This document shows, piece after piece, positions 38,019 through 48,196 of a stretch of DNA of 64,000 nucleotides; positions within the stretch are counted from its first letter, which is position 1; each line of letters starts with the position of its first letter. Location: assembly GCA_950097015.1 (NCBI GenBank), contig CATNEN010000024.1, positions 2,418,001-2,482,000 of the forward strand, in the 5' to 3' direction. The DNA is from Macrostomum hystrix (taxonomy: Eukaryota > Animalia > Platyhelminthes). Made by a program: the position numbers and the translations under genes. The notes beneath the pieces are model-generated. The model searched no databases. It saw only the letters and a list, made by a program, of their open reading frames with translations, and was not told the DNA's origin.

Positions 38019-39912
38019 AAAAACCCTTCCCTTGAAGGTCTAAGGTGCGTGTGTGCTCTTGAGTCAGCGGAATCGGCTAAAACTGCAGACTGTGGGTAGT
38101 ACTGCGACCAAAATGATGCGCCATTGCCCGAAGCCCTCCTATAAATTTTTTATTTATTTTTACCACGCTACGCATACGTATATGAGTAGATTAGAAGGCC
38201 AAATGGGTTTTTCATGTGTATAAATTTTCCAAAGTCCAATTAAGGTATAAAAAAGACACGCAATAATGACGACATGCACCTCAGAAGAATTGCTTGATAG
38301 ATTTGTTTGTGTTTGTGATTTAGGCAATGCCCGATTTTCTCTGAGCCTATACATGAATGCGAGACCCTGTTTGAACCCAACGATAATTGTGCATGCAAGC
38401 AGAGATTTGAAAGCGCTTTTGTTATTTCCCCAGTCTTTTTTCATTAAAATCACTCTGTTGCTTTTACCATTTTTTCATTTTTTTCATTCACATTGTCTGC
38501 TTGAACTGCAGCAACTGAAGTGATACTGTTGTTTTTATCATTTGAAGTACGAGCGAATGGAATTATGAAATCAGGAAATTCTATCCAGGAAATCCATTCT
38601 GCTAAACCTAGCAGAATGGATTTACAAAAGTACATGATTGCACTACCATTTAGCTGAGCTTGTCATACCATGAATTGAAGAATTAATTCATAGGTTCATA
38701 GCACCCTGAAATTTATAGCTTTCACACCTGAAGTTGCGGAGTGACGCACGTTTGGTCGTTTAGTCGAACCATTTATTCAAATTTATATAAAATTGATATA
38801 CACTAAATCGTTTGAAAAGTAGACGCACACGATCAGCCTATACAAATGAATTAAAAATGATTACGTGCCTTTATAAAATTGCTTTCTCGTCTCATTTAAA
38901 TTCCGGCAGGTGATGAACACTCTGGCTGTGAGATCGCCGCAGAAGTTCAACTTTAACGAAATTCGGCACCGAGCGCAACAAATAATAGAAAGTGCAAAGA
39001 TTTAAACTGTCAATAAATATTTCTACTGCCTGCTATCCTTATACCCGGATTCAAGAATGATAAGCATAATTTTATTCGAATGAACTTGGCAAATAAAAAT
39101 GATATCATTAACATCTTGTTGAGTTGAGGTAGCTGAGTTCTATTACAGCAAACGCGTCGCACTAAGGCCAACAAGCTTTAGACGCGAAAGCATTAGAAAG
39201 CTGACTTATTGCTTCATAAGTTTTAATATTGACAAAAATTGTTTTTTGGTGCAATGGAAAAACTCTTGTGCTTGAGGCATCATGTTGTCCTAACATATCG
39301 AGATATCAACACCAAAACTACCCATTATCCTGCATAATTTACAGATTCAAGCTGATACAGCGTGTTATTGATTTTCCTGTAATGTTTCCAAGAAACGTTT
39401 TTAGGTTTTCACACAAGGACAACTTAAGTGTTTTTATGTTGTGCTTGTTTTCACGTCCATTTATTTCAGATTTTAGCAAGATTGTATAGAGAACGGGTTT
39501 TCCTGAACGTGTACAAGCGTGTTTAGCAAAGCTACTCGTAATTGTCAAAAGAGGATATATATAAAGTATTCAATACCGATCAGAAGGGCGGGAAGCTAAA
39601 CTGCTGAAGCTAAGCCAAGCATACTCATATCTCTGCTACGAGCCTACACTAGTGTAGCTTGACAGAGAAGTTTGTTCATTTGTTAAAAAGGATTTAGGAA
39701 CATATTATAATTAATTACAAGTTAGAAATACTTTTGTTATCGCTTTAAAATCTCTATCTCTCTGCTAAAAAAACAATGAATCAGGAACAACGCTTGTATA
39801 TAATATGACGCTGTTTTAATAGCAAATTTTCTAATGCACCAAACTGATGATATACATAGTTTTTAATACAAGCTTTTATAACGTTCGGAGCAGTCACTTC
39901 TTAAACAGGTAC

Positions 39913-40099
39913 TGTGTTGTACTTTGATATGTGTTGTACTTTCATTATATAGAAACTAGTATTTGACCGTTGCAGCTAAATATCCCATAGACAATTCGTT
40001 CTACCTGTTTGTTTGCGAGGACCGCGTTAAGAGTGTTTGCGGCTCTAGCTTTCGTGGTAACCCCGGGCTTTGCTATCTACACAAATACATCAGACCACA
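39913..40099 (+). repeat. 5' LTR (187 bp)
   Basis: Base-for-base identical to the 3' LTR on manual comparison. Confidence 0.96.
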
Positions 40100-40122
40100 A
40101 GCTATCGCGGCAATACGCAACG

Positions 40123-40833
40123 ATGGCAAGCGCAGTCAAATTCAGCGACATAATCAAGCAGTACGACGGTGAAGAGGATTTTTCGCGCTGGGCACAGAAG
40201 CTCGAACTCGTTGCCAAGCTCCAAAAAGTGAATGACCTGGCTGCTTTCATCCCACTATTTCTATCGGGAGGTGCGTTCGCCGTGTACCAGGCACTAAACG
40301 AGGAAAGCAAGTCGGACTACAAAACTCTGAAAGCGGCTCTTACCTCAGCGTTCTGCCCAAACAAGTACAAACCATACGACGAGTTCGTGTCACGCAGGCT
40401 CGGCCCCGGGGAGTCCGTGGACGTTTTTCTCGTGGATCTCACGAGGCTTGCACGCCTAGTGGACGAGATCCCCGGGGAAGAATGGATCAAATGCGCATTC
40501 GTCCGCGGGCTTCCAGCAACCGTCAGTCAGCAGCTGATCGCTTCCTGCTCTCTAAAAGAGCTCGAACTCCATGAACTAGCGGAGAAAGCTAGAAACTTAA
40601 CGATCAGTCGCGAGTCCTGCTGTGTTGTCTCGAGCGCAGGAAATGCGCGAAGCGCTGGAAAGTTCGCCCCACGCAACAAAGTGATGTCGTGCTACTCGTG
40701 CGGCAAGGAGGGCCATGTGAGCAAAGAGTGCATGGAACGCAACCGAGCGAATCAAGGTTGTTTTGTTTGTGGAAAAGCGGGACATGTGGCTGCTCGATGC
40801 CCGCAGCGCGCCGATTTTCAAAAAAACGAGTGA
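40123..40833 (+). CDS. gag: Gag (236 aa) with two CCHC zinc knuckles
   Basis: First ATG after the LTR (MASAVKF...); CYSCGKEGHVSKEC and CFVCGKAGHVAARC. Confidence 0.9.
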   Translation: MASAVKFSDIIKQYDGEEDFSRWAQKLELVAKLQKVNDLAAFIPLFLSGGAFAVYQALNEESKSDYKTLKAALTSAFCPNKYKPYDEFVSRRLGPGESVDVFLVDLTRLARLVDEIPGEEWIKCAFVRGLPATVSQQLIASCSLKELELHELAEKARNLTISRESCCVVSSAGNARSAGKFAPRNKVMSCYSCGKEGHVSKECMERNRANQGCFVCGKAGHVAARCPQRADFQKNE

Positions 40834-43800
40834 TGGAAGCGCGGAATGTTTGCGCCAACGGGCTTCCTTGTGCACCGGCGCACCTACCATCGTTAAGTGT
40901 TCATGTTAATAGTTTGGTCGTTACTGCTTTAGTAGATACTGGTTGTTCGCGGTCCATCGTTTCTTCACGAGTTACTGGAGTTAAAAAACGTCCCGTTCAC
41001 GAGAGGGTCACGATGATGAATGGTGACTCAGCAGAATGTGAATGGGAGGCTGACGTTACTTTGTCTGTTCGAGGCCACCAATTACCAGTGCTGCGATGTA
41101 TCGTTATGGACATCCTTCCTGGGTTCGATTTGCTGCTTGGGATGGATGCCATCAGCCGATTGGGCGGTGTCTCTGTGAAGCGAGATTGCCGCAGTGTCCG
41201 CTTCGGTATTGAAGAGCAGTCATTAGCGCTGGAGACTGCTGCGGTAGCCAAGGCTTTCTCAAAACCAAAGGCGGAGTCACCTGTGAGCTGTCCGGCAGGA
41301 GAGGTCGAGTCACCTGTGAGCTGTCCGGCAGGAGAGGTCGAGTCACCTGTGAGCTGTCCGGCAGGAGAGGTCGAGTCACCTGTGAGCTGTCCGGCAGGAG
41401 AGGTCGAGTCACCTGTGAGCTGTCCGGCAGGAGAGGTCGAGTCACCTGTGAGCTGTCCGGCAGGAGAGGTCGAGTCACCTGTGAGCTGTCCGGCAGGAGA
41501 GGTCGAGTCACCTGTGAGCTGTCCGGCAGGAGAGGTCGAGTCACCTGTGAGCTGTCCGGCAGGAGAGGTCGAGTCACCTGTGAGCTGTCCGGCAGGAGAG
41601 GTCGAGTCACCTGTGAGCTGTCCGGCAGGAGAGGTCGAGTCACCTGTGAGCTGTCCGGCAGGAGAGGTCGAGTCACCTGTGAGCTGTCCGGCAAGAGGAG
41701 CGAGGCTTGCGAAAAATACTTTAACCGAGGCGTGCCTGGTGCTTGAGGAAAAAGACTTCTCTGCTAAGTTTATCGATGGAGAGTGGACAGTGGCATGGAA
41801 GTGGCTGGATGAGGCCCCACTACTGTCAAATACGATAGCTCAATACCGAGTCCCACCAGAGGCGGTAGGCGAGTATGAGTCAGAGATAAAAGACTGGATT
41901 CAGCGAGGTTGGCTGCTACCGTTCGAAGGTGACAGTGACGGCGTCATCCCTCTGATGGCAGTGGTGCAGACCAACAAAGCAAAGGTGCGGCCTGTACTCG
42001 ACTATCGCGAGTTGAACCAGTACGTGTCAAGCCACACCGCCGAAAGCGTCGTGTGCGGCGCCAAGCTCCGGGCCTGGCGGCGGCTCGGTGAGAATGCGAG
42101 TATCATCGACCTGCGGAAGGCCTACCTACAACTGCGATTGGACCCCAGTCTCTGGCGCTACCAAGTAGTGAGGTTCAAAGGCCGCCGTTACTGTCTCACC
42201 CGGTTAGGATTCGGACTCAACGTGGCGCCAAAAATTATGACGGCGGTTGTGAACAAAGTCCTGTCGATGGAAGACGACGTGCGTGAGGCCACGGACTCTT
42301 ACATTGACGACATTATTGTGAACAATAGCAAGATTCCGAATGAACGCGTAACTGGGTTGCTTGCCCGGTTCGGGCTAGAAGCCAAGCCTCCTGAGAGCCT
42401 CATTGGGGGCCGCGTGCTCGGCCTCCGCGTCTACCGTCGAGAGGATGGGGTCATTTGCTGGAAACGAGACAATGTCCTCTCTCAGTTGAAAGGTCCAGCA
42501 ACACGACGGCAACTATTCTCCTGGTGCGGCCAGCTAGTAGGCCATTTCCCCGTCGCCGCATGGCTGCGTGTCGCATGCAGCTACTTGAAGCGGGTCACCA
42601 GCACAATCGCGTGGGACGCTATCGTCAGCGAGTCTGCCATGCGGATCGCCCAAGAAATCAGCGGAATGGTCCAGGAACGAGATCCTGTCGTTGGGGTGTG
42701 GACCGTTGACGAGACTTCGAGCTGTCGCGTCTGGTGCGACGCCAGCAGCATCGCCATTGGAGCCGTCATCGAAATTGGTGGCGTAATCGTGGAGGACGCC
42801 TCGTGGTTGCGAAAACAAGACGACGCTGCGCACATCAATCTTGCCGAACTTGAGGCGGTCATCAAGGGTCTCAACCTTGCCCTCGCTTGGGGTACGAGGA
42901 AAGTTGAAGTGTTGACTGATTCTGCAACCGTGCACGGCTGGCTCCAGTCTTTGATTGTCGGCGATAAGCCCGTGCGAGTCAAAGGTCTCGGTGAAGCTCT
43001 GGTTCGGAAACGGCTATCATTAATCCGAGACACGGCGTCGGAGTGCGAGCTCGAGCTACTGACATCGCTGGTGCCATCTTCAGCAAACAAGGCAGACGCA
43101 CTGACGCGAGTACCGCAACAGTGGCTGCGCCAGCGGCCCTTCTGTGCAGTGGCGCTGCGCCCCGTTGACATGGATCTCCGTGCGTGCCACGAGAAGCACC
43201 ACTTCGGGGTGGACAGGACGCTCTACCTGGCCAAACTGTGCTTCCCTGAACGTGAGGTACTGCGTGAAGAGGTTGAGCGCATCGTTGCAAACTGCATCCG
43301 ATGCAAGTCCGTAGACCCTGCGCCGATGGTTTGGGACCATGGCAGACTCGAGGTGGATGCAAACTGGTGGCGCTTGGCCTGCGACGTGACCCACTTTAAG
43401 GACGACCGCTATCTGTCCATTGTTGACTGCGGGCCGAGCAGATTCTCGCTGTGGCGAAAACTCACCGACGAGCGGACAGCGTCAATTACCGGGATACTCG
43501 TGCAGGTGTTCCGAGAGCGGGGCCCTCCCTGGCAGCTGCTTCTCGACAATTCACCGACCTTCCGCTCCGCTGAGGTCCGTGCGTTTTGTGAGGCTTGGGG
43601 AGTGCAGCTCCTCTTCCGTTGCGCTCACCGGCCGTCAGGCAACGGAATAGTCGAGCGCAACCATCGGACGATTAAGCGGATGGCAGCCAGAACCGGAAAG
43701 GACGTGCTGGAAATGGTGTTCTGGTACAACATGGCTCCAAAGGATGGCACTCGCAAGGACAGCGTGCCCAGCAGAATGGTCAGCACCTATGACTGGAAGC

Positions 43801-44108
43801 CGCCAACTGTGTCTCTCCCTGAGGCCTTGGAGACCTTGGAGGCAAACCCCACCCTGCCAGTGGGAACAGAAGTGTTTGTTAAACCGCCGGCCGTCAGATG
43901 CACCGACGAGTGGCCTAGGGGACGCGTGACGGGCCAGGGACAAGGGTCTACGGTGGAGGTCGATGGCCTTCCCCGTCACGTAGCTGACGTCCGCCCGGCA
44001 CCAGACACGCAACCGCAGCCTCCTGGGGTGGAGCGAGCTGTCGAGCGGGATGCCGAACCACGACGGTCTAATAGGGTGAAGTCGGCGCCGGTCCGTTACG
44101 AACCTTGA
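40821..44108 (+). CDS. pol: Pol polyprotein (protease, RT, RNase H, integrase), likely reached by -1 frameshift
   Basis: LVDTGCS protease; IDLRKAYLQ / LGFGLNVAP / YIDDI RT; WCDAS...HINLAELEAV...TDS RNase H; H..HH...C..C zinc finger and CDVTHF / LDNSPTF / NGIVER integrase; open to the stop at 44108. Confidence 0.93.
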   Translation, partial: KKRVMEARNVCANGLPCAPAHLPSLSVHVNSLVVTALVDTGCSRSIVSSRVTGVKKRPVHERVTMMNGDSAECEWEADVTLSVRGHQLPVLRCIVMDILPGFDLLLGMDAISRLGGVSVKRDCRSVRFGIEEQSLALETAAVAKAFSKPKAESPVSCPAGEVESPVSCPAGEVESPVSCPAGEVESPVSCPAGEVESPVSCPAGEVESPVSCPAGEVESPVSCPAGEVESPVSCPAGEVESPVSCPAGEVESPVSCPAGEVESPVSCPAGEVESPVSCPAGEVESPVSCPARGARLAKNTLTEACLVLEEKDFSAKFIDGEWTVAWKWLDEAPLLSNTIAQYRVPPEAVGEYESEIKDWIQRGWLLPFEGDSDGVIPLMAVVQTNKAKVRPVLDYRELNQYVSSHTAESVVCGAKLRAWRRLGENASIIDLRKAYLQLRLDPSLWRYQVVRFKGRRYCLTRLGFGLNVAPKIMTAVVNKVLSMEDDVREATDSYIDDIIVNNSKIPNERVTGLLARFGLEAKPPESLIGGRVLGLRVYRREDGVICWKRDNVLSQLKGPATRRQLFSWCGQLVGHFPVAAWLRVACSYLKRVTSTIAWDAIVSESAMRIAQEISGMVQERDPVVGVWTVDETSSCRVWCDASSIAIGAVIEIGGVIVEDASWLRKQDDAAHINLAELEAVIKGLNLALAWGTRKVEVLTDSATVHGWLQSLIVGDKPVRVKGLGEALVRKRLSLIRDTASECELELLTSLVPSSANKADALTRVPQQWLRQRPFCAVALRPVDMDLRACHEKHHFGVDRTLYLAKLCFPEREVLREEVERIVANCIRCKSVDPAPMVWDHGRLEVDANWWRLACDVTHFKDDRYLSIVDCGPSRFSLWRKLTDERTASITGILVQVFRERGPPWQLLLDNSPTFRSAEVRAFCEAWGVQLLFRCAHRPSGNGIVERNHRTIKRMAARTGKDVLEMVFWYNMAPKDGTRKDSVPSRMVSTYDWKPPTVSLPEALETLEANPTLPVGTEVFVKPPAVRCTDEWPRGRVTGQGQGSTVEVDGLPRHVADVRPAPDTQPQPPGVERAVERDAEPRRSNRVKSAPVRYEP
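41274..41693 (+). repeat. Perfect in-frame 33-bp minisatellite (ESPVSCPAGEV x 12.7) between protease and RT
   Basis: Unit GAGTCACCTGTGAGCTGTCCGGCAGGAGAGGTC; 12 full units plus 24 bp. Confidence 0.96.
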
Positions 44109-44137
44109 TCTCTTGTGATCCGGAGATCAGGGGGTGA

Positions 44138-44324
44138 TGTGTTGTACTTTGATATGTGTTGTACTTTCATTATATAGAAACTAGTATTTGACCGTTGCAG
44201 CTAAATATCCCATAGACAATTCGTTCTACCTGTTTGTTTGCGAGGACCGCGTTAAGAGTGTTTGCGGCTCTAGCTTTCGTGGTAACCCCGGGCTTTGCTA
44301 TCTACACAAATACATCAGACCACA
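44138..44324 (+). repeat. 3' LTR (187 bp)
   Basis: Identical to the 5' LTR; preceded by GGAGATCAGGGGGTGA. Confidence 0.96.
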
Positions 44325-46240
44325 GGTACTTTAGTAGTCTCTGGTTCGGTGGTCATCAGGCGTGTCCTTAATCTGCATGCAGTAGCATCATATATATTTA
44401 AAATGCCTAACTGGCATTATACAGGCACCTTTTGTTAGGTAATATAGGTAATATAGAGACACCTGACAAGTAAACAAATTACCGTCTGAATAGTCCGTCT
44501 AAATTAAATTAATAGGAAAAAAGAATGTAGGCTTCAAACAAATACTAAAGCTAAAAAAATTTTATAGACGCGAAATAGCAAGTAAAGGTATAGTGATTCA
44601 AACTTGACACACGATTTTCGTATTCTGTTTCTTTCATAATTCAAATCACAAATAAAGCTAACTTTCTTCGAAACAGGTCTTTCTTTTCTGCGAAATAAAA
44701 GCTTTAACTTATCTTACTTTGACGTTAACTTACGTGTACTATATTTACTTTGTTCCTAAAAGCAATTCCTAAAAACTAATCAAAAATAGTTCTAAACTTT
44801 ATATTATGTAATTTTAACTTTTTTGGCAATCCTACACTTCCGTTCGGTAAATTATTTTGACACTGAATTTTGAACAGGCGTGTTAAATAACAATGTAACC
44901 AAACAAAACTGAAACAGTGGAACATGGTAGCAGTCTGTTAGAGCGCATAGTCACTTAGAGTGTGTCTGCAGGTCATTAAGGTGTCTACAATGGATAGTTT
45001 ATTTATTTTTAATTAGGCATACTTTTACTATGATAACTGTCTATAGCTATGGACAGCATGTAGCTGACAGTGATAGTCATATCATCATACTTGCAGCTAA
45101 ATGAGTGTGATCATAGTCATACTTAGCCATTGATTTATTCAATATTTGTTTATTTTTAAAATACAAAATAATATATTGTAAATTCATTTTAAGCCTACCC
45201 ACCGAACTTCTTTGCTTGTAACAGTAAATAATTGGGCCTAACAACCATGTAAAATAGGAAAAACAGCCATTTCGCTTTTTTAAATATATACTCATATTTG
45301 CAATATTAAAGCTGAACATATACTAACAAACAATAACAAAGTGAACTAACATTAATACAGAGTAGAAAGTCTGTTTGTAGTTCATTTAAACCAGTCCAGA
45401 GTGATTCAAGTCAATTGAGTTTGCCTTAGACAGGATATGTTTAATAATGGACAATCCAGAAAAGAATGACTCCAAGCACATTGTTGGAAAAAATTGGATG
45501 CCAAAGAAATTCCTGTAGGTGGCTCTGTGGCTAAGACAAATTTGGCAGGTGGTATGATAAAAGACAAGCAGCAGTAAAACTAACCATTGGAAAAATACTG
45601 AAAAGAAGTTAGTCTGCCAAGTCTGGATATTTTAAGCTTTGCTGCTATAAAGTAATTTGCTCATAGGAACTGAGTACAGTTTCACTTATAAAGCAGGCTT
45701 TGTAAAGTCTGCTTTCACTTATAAGTGAAATGATCACTTATTTTTTATTTCAAAGCAGTTGGCTTCATATGAGGCCGCAACTTGGTCTTATGGAGGTCTG
45801 CTAAATCAATTTGTTGTTCAGCCTAAGAAAGGTTAATGTCAGTTATTTTTTCGCATGAAGGCAAGTGTTACTGTGACGAAGATGTTACTACCAATCGAAC
45901 CATTAGTATTGTCTGATACTGATTGTCCACCGCGAAACTAAATTAAACAAGGTTAAACATTTTAATATAATGAATGAATTTATATTTTTTAATTGATATG
46001 CTTATATTAATTGGTTAAGTACAGCAAAAATAATAGATCATAAAAATGTGTTTAAAAGTAAATAATAAATTAATTGAGTATTCTGAGCCAGCATATTATA
46101 AATGATAGCAGGTTTGCTAGCCATGCATATTAAACAATTGCTATTATATTTGTAATTTGCTCTATTCATTGGAATTGTTGAATGAATTTTAACTTCTTTA
46201 ACGCATTAAATTCGATTTCCAGTGCATTTTTTACTTTCAA

Positions 46241-48196
46241 ATGCAGTGTCTGGTTGGAACTGCAATACTCCTACTTAGCATTTTCTCCTTAATACCAAGA
46301 CCAAGTCTCTGTTCGGCAATTAATATCAGCTACTATCCTGAGCTAGAGGAACCTGTTGGCTGTGACTGGTTGCCATGGCGATGCTGGGCAAAGCATTCGA
46401 AGTTTAATCAGTTGACTCCGGAGTGCATTCTTTATAAAGTAAAGAACTGCTCAACAGAGCCGTTTGCCCGCCAGGAATTGAGTCCAGAGCAGCAGTTCTC
46501 TATGGGATATACCTGCGCCCACCCCATGACAGATCAGTATTGCTTGCCTAAACCGAGGTATGCCAACACTGGCAGCAAGGGAATGCAGACACAGTGGTGC
46601 CCGTGGCTGAACTGGCAGCCCTGGCATTATGCTTGCATCGATACTGTGATTGAGAGTAATCCTTGGCTCTCTCAAGTACTGTCTAATTATAAAGGTAGCT
46701 ACACCGATTTCTTGCATTCACTTTTAGTTACGAGTAATTGTTTAGTCATAGTCACATCATTTTTAGTTGTAATAATACTCGTATAAAGATAAAAACCAAC
46801 AAATAATAACAAGTGCTAGAGGGCTGTGGACAATGGCACATCATTTGGTGACACTAGGCCCGCAGCCAGCGAGGACGCAGTTCTGCTCACTCTGCTGACT
46901 CCTGAGCACACACGCACACTAGATACCGTACGCAGGCACACGCTCACACACTGGTGTACATCTGCCTTGGCTTTCTCATCATTAGCCAGTGTACACTTTC
47001 ACTGTGCCGATTGGCCCTCAAAGGCGTAAATTGCACGACAAGCCTATAAGCCTTCTCAAAATAAATGAGACATTTTTGTCAATACAGTCAGTCAGTCAGT
47101 CAGTCAGTCAGTCAGTCAGTCAGTCAGTCAGTCAGTCAGTCAGTCAGTCAGTCAGTCAGTCAGTCAGTCAGTCAGTCAGTTCTCTTTCCAAACCTCGCAG
47201 AGCGGCAGCGAAGTAACGCAGTGTGGCTGAAAATGCGCAGCAGATTCTGCGTCTGTCCAGGTCGGTACAATATCCCCTGCTCCGGATTTAGCCAGCAGGC
47301 GGCATTCGCGCCGCAGTTAACCGCTCTGGAAGCTGGGCGACTCCCGGCCAGCCGCCTGACTTCCTGGTGCCCCTGGTCCACCTGGTCCGCCAGCTGCGAC
47401 TGTGCCACCGATTCGTCATCCGGCTATCGGTATCGTAGCCGCGTCTGCCTAGTCCACAATCATAATACTCTCTGCCCTGGCCGGGACGCCGACAGCAAAA
47501 GCTGCCGTTGCGACAGGATAGCGCCGTCGACACCGAAAACTCGAGAACTGGATTCTGATTTCTTTTTCAGCAAGCCAGTCATTCTCATGGTGTCGATTCC
47601 TCTGGGCGTGCTGCTCATTCTCTGCTGCGTCTGTCGGGCCACGAGTCGTCAAGACCGAGAGTGAGTGGTGCCTATGAGTTTGTTGAAATCCAAAATGTAT
47701 CGATTCTTCGTAATGATAATAAGGCAGGTAATATATACCGATAGCATTTTGCCTCTCGCTCATATTAAGGTCCCTTATGTTGAATCCACGGCGAGGCCAC
47801 ATTCATTTTAGGCTTGTCGTGCAATTTACGCCCACTGAGGGGCCAACCTCCAAGGCTCAGTGAAAGTGTACACTGTCTGACGAACCTCTCCTTGCCCTCT
47901 TGCTGGCGGCGGGTCCAGTGTCATGAAATGTTGTGCCATTGCCCAGAGCCCTCCTGCAATTTTGTATTACTTTTATTAATTTTTTTATATTAACAATTTA
48001 TGACAGACATCTGCGGCTGCGGCGGCAGCAGCAGCAGCATCGGCTGGAGCCGCATGAGCTACTGCCATCAACTGGACTTCGACAATCCGACCGTCCAGTC
48101 CTTCTGCCACCAACTGCTACCGCTGCCGTCGAGGTTGACAACTCGCTGGATGCGCCACCTCCGTCCTACGAGGAGGCAATTAAGTTGGTGACTTGA
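46241..48196 (+). CDS. TSP1-like/TM/PPxY receptor paralog 1 (367 aa); exons 46241-46694, 47201-47660, 48007-48196
   Basis: Signal peptide; GCDWLPWRC...C.LY..KNCSTEP...QWCPWLNWQPWHYAC; WLKMRSRFC...WCPWSTWSASCDC...RYRSRVC; TM VILMVSIPLGVLLILCCVC; tail PPPSYEEAIK. GT-AG introns of phase 1 and 2; total 1104 nt in frame. Confidence 0.85.
46830..47046 (-). mobile_element. SINE family 2, 5'-truncated copy, in intron 1 of paralog 1
   Basis: Reverse complement aligns with 54470-54675 (GGCTTGTCGTGCAATTTACGCC...CAGTGAAAGTGTACACTG...GGCAGATGTACAC...GTGTGCTCAGGAGTC...CTAGTGTCACCAA). Confidence 0.75.
47085..47180. repeat. (CAGT)24 microsatellite ending 20 nt before the exon-2 acceptor
   Basis: Direct. 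Confidence 0.97.
47735..47880 (+). mobile_element. SINE family 2, 3'-truncated copy, in intron 2 of paralog 1
   Basis: Aligns with 54375-54535 (AAGGTCCC...ATCCACGGCGAGGCCACATTCATTTTAGGCTTGTCGTGCAATTTACGCCC...CAGTGAAAGTGTACACTG). Confidence 0.75.

Larger units (their letters stand above)
39913..44324 (+). mobile_element. Full-length Ty3/gypsy LTR retrotransposon, 4412 bp, TSD GGTAC
   Basis: Identical 187-bp TG...CA LTRs (39913-40099, 44138-44324). 5-bp TSD GGTAC at 39908-39912 and 44325-44329. Purine-rich PPT before the 3' LTR. Intact gag and PR-RT-RH-IN pol. Confidence 0.97.

Noticed and set aside
40009-40122. Longer gag start given by the ORF track
   Set aside because: It begins at a TTG inside the 5' LTR; the first ATG after the LTR is at 40123.
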